Assembly (NCBI RefSeq): GCF_004010195.1
Contig: NC_057718.1
Span: forward strand, 54,779,864 to 54,814,991
Direction of reading: 5' to 3'
DNA from: Chiloscyllium plagiosum
Taxonomy: Eukaryota
DNA length: 35,128 nt
The notes beneath the pieces are model-generated. The model ran no database searches, was not told where the DNA came from, and saw only the letters and a program-made list of their open reading frames with translations. The number at the start of each line of letters is the position of its first letter. The first letter of the stretch is position 1. This document shows positions 34,394 to 35,128 of this stretch, piece by piece. Position numbers and translations under genes: made by a program.

Positions 34394-35128
34394 GGAACAG
34401 GAGAATTGACGTTTCGAGCATAAGCCCTTCTCCAGGAATGAGGAGGGTGTGCCAAGCATGCTAAGATAAAAGGTAGGGAGGAGGGACTTGGGGGAGGGGC
34501 ATTGGGAATACGAAAGGTGGAAGGAGGTTAAGGTGAGGGTGATAGGACGGAGAGGGGGTGGGGGCGGAGAGGTCAGGAAGAAGATTGCAGGTCAAGAGGG
34601 CGGTGCTGAATCCAAGGGTTGGGACTGAGATAAGGTAGGGGGAGGGGAAATGAGGAAGCTGGAGAAATCTACATTCATCCCGTGTGGTTGGAGGGTTCCT
34701 AGGCGGAAGGTGAGGCGCTGCAACCGCAAGAAGTGCAAAACGTGCACCCACACTTCCCCCCTCACCTCCCTCCAAGGCCCCAATGGATTCTTCTATATCA
34801 GTCGCAAATTCACCTGCACCTCCACACACATCATTTACTGTATCAGCTGCACCTGATGTGGTCTCCTCTACACTGGGGAGACAGGCCGCCTACTTGCGGA
34901 ACGTTTCAGGGAACACCTCTGGGACACCTGCACCAATCAACACAACCGCCCCGTGGCTGAACACTTTAACTCCCCCTCCCACTCCGCCAATGACATGCAG
35001 GTCCTTGGCCTCCTCCATCGCCAGACCCTGGCCACACGATGCCTGGAGGAAGAGCACCTCATCTTCCGCCTAGGAACCCTCCAACCACACGGGATGAATG
35101 TAGATTTCTCCAGCTTCCTCATTTCCCC
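34394..35128 (+). mobile_element. Penelope-like element: inverted 3' segment (34394-34719, minus) joined to a GIY-YIG endonuclease region (34719-35128, plus)
   Basis: CNRKKCKTC..FTCTSTHIIYCISCT*CGLLYTGETGRLLAERFREH..VAEHFN..LIFRLGTLQPHGMN. 34644-34719 is the reverse complement of ~35052-35128. The tail hammerhead at ~34405-34438 has a mutated core CTGGAGA. Confidence 0.92.

Overview
Vertebrate genomic DNA, very probably from a shark: the CR1 LINE, tRNA-SINE and Penelope-tail families look like those of cartilaginous fish (inference). The only host gene I can support is coding exon 1 of PSME4 (proteasome activator PA200) on the minus strand (18548-18843), in a CpG island with an ETS motif. I found no exon 2, so bases 1-18547 are probably intron 1. 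The rest is mobile-element debris: CR1 LINEs, SINEs, at least three Penelope-like (PLE) families whose tails carry minimal hammerhead-ribozyme cores, solo LTRs and a decayed Gypsy element, plus one 543-nt assembly gap. The most unusual structure is at 30188-32800. There a Gypsy LTR is split at one site, (A)AACAGGAGTGT just 3' of its TATA box, into eight copies of that motif. The copies are separated by A-tailed inserts: Tx1-clade LINE 3' ends, a two-unit tRNA-Arg tandem-array fragment and tiny tail remnants. This suggests a sequence-specific Tx1 retrotransposon that targets an LTR promoter and builds an ordered insertion array. Also notable are two long fold-back hairpins in the putative PSME4 intron and several hammerhead cores on the PSME4 sense strand.
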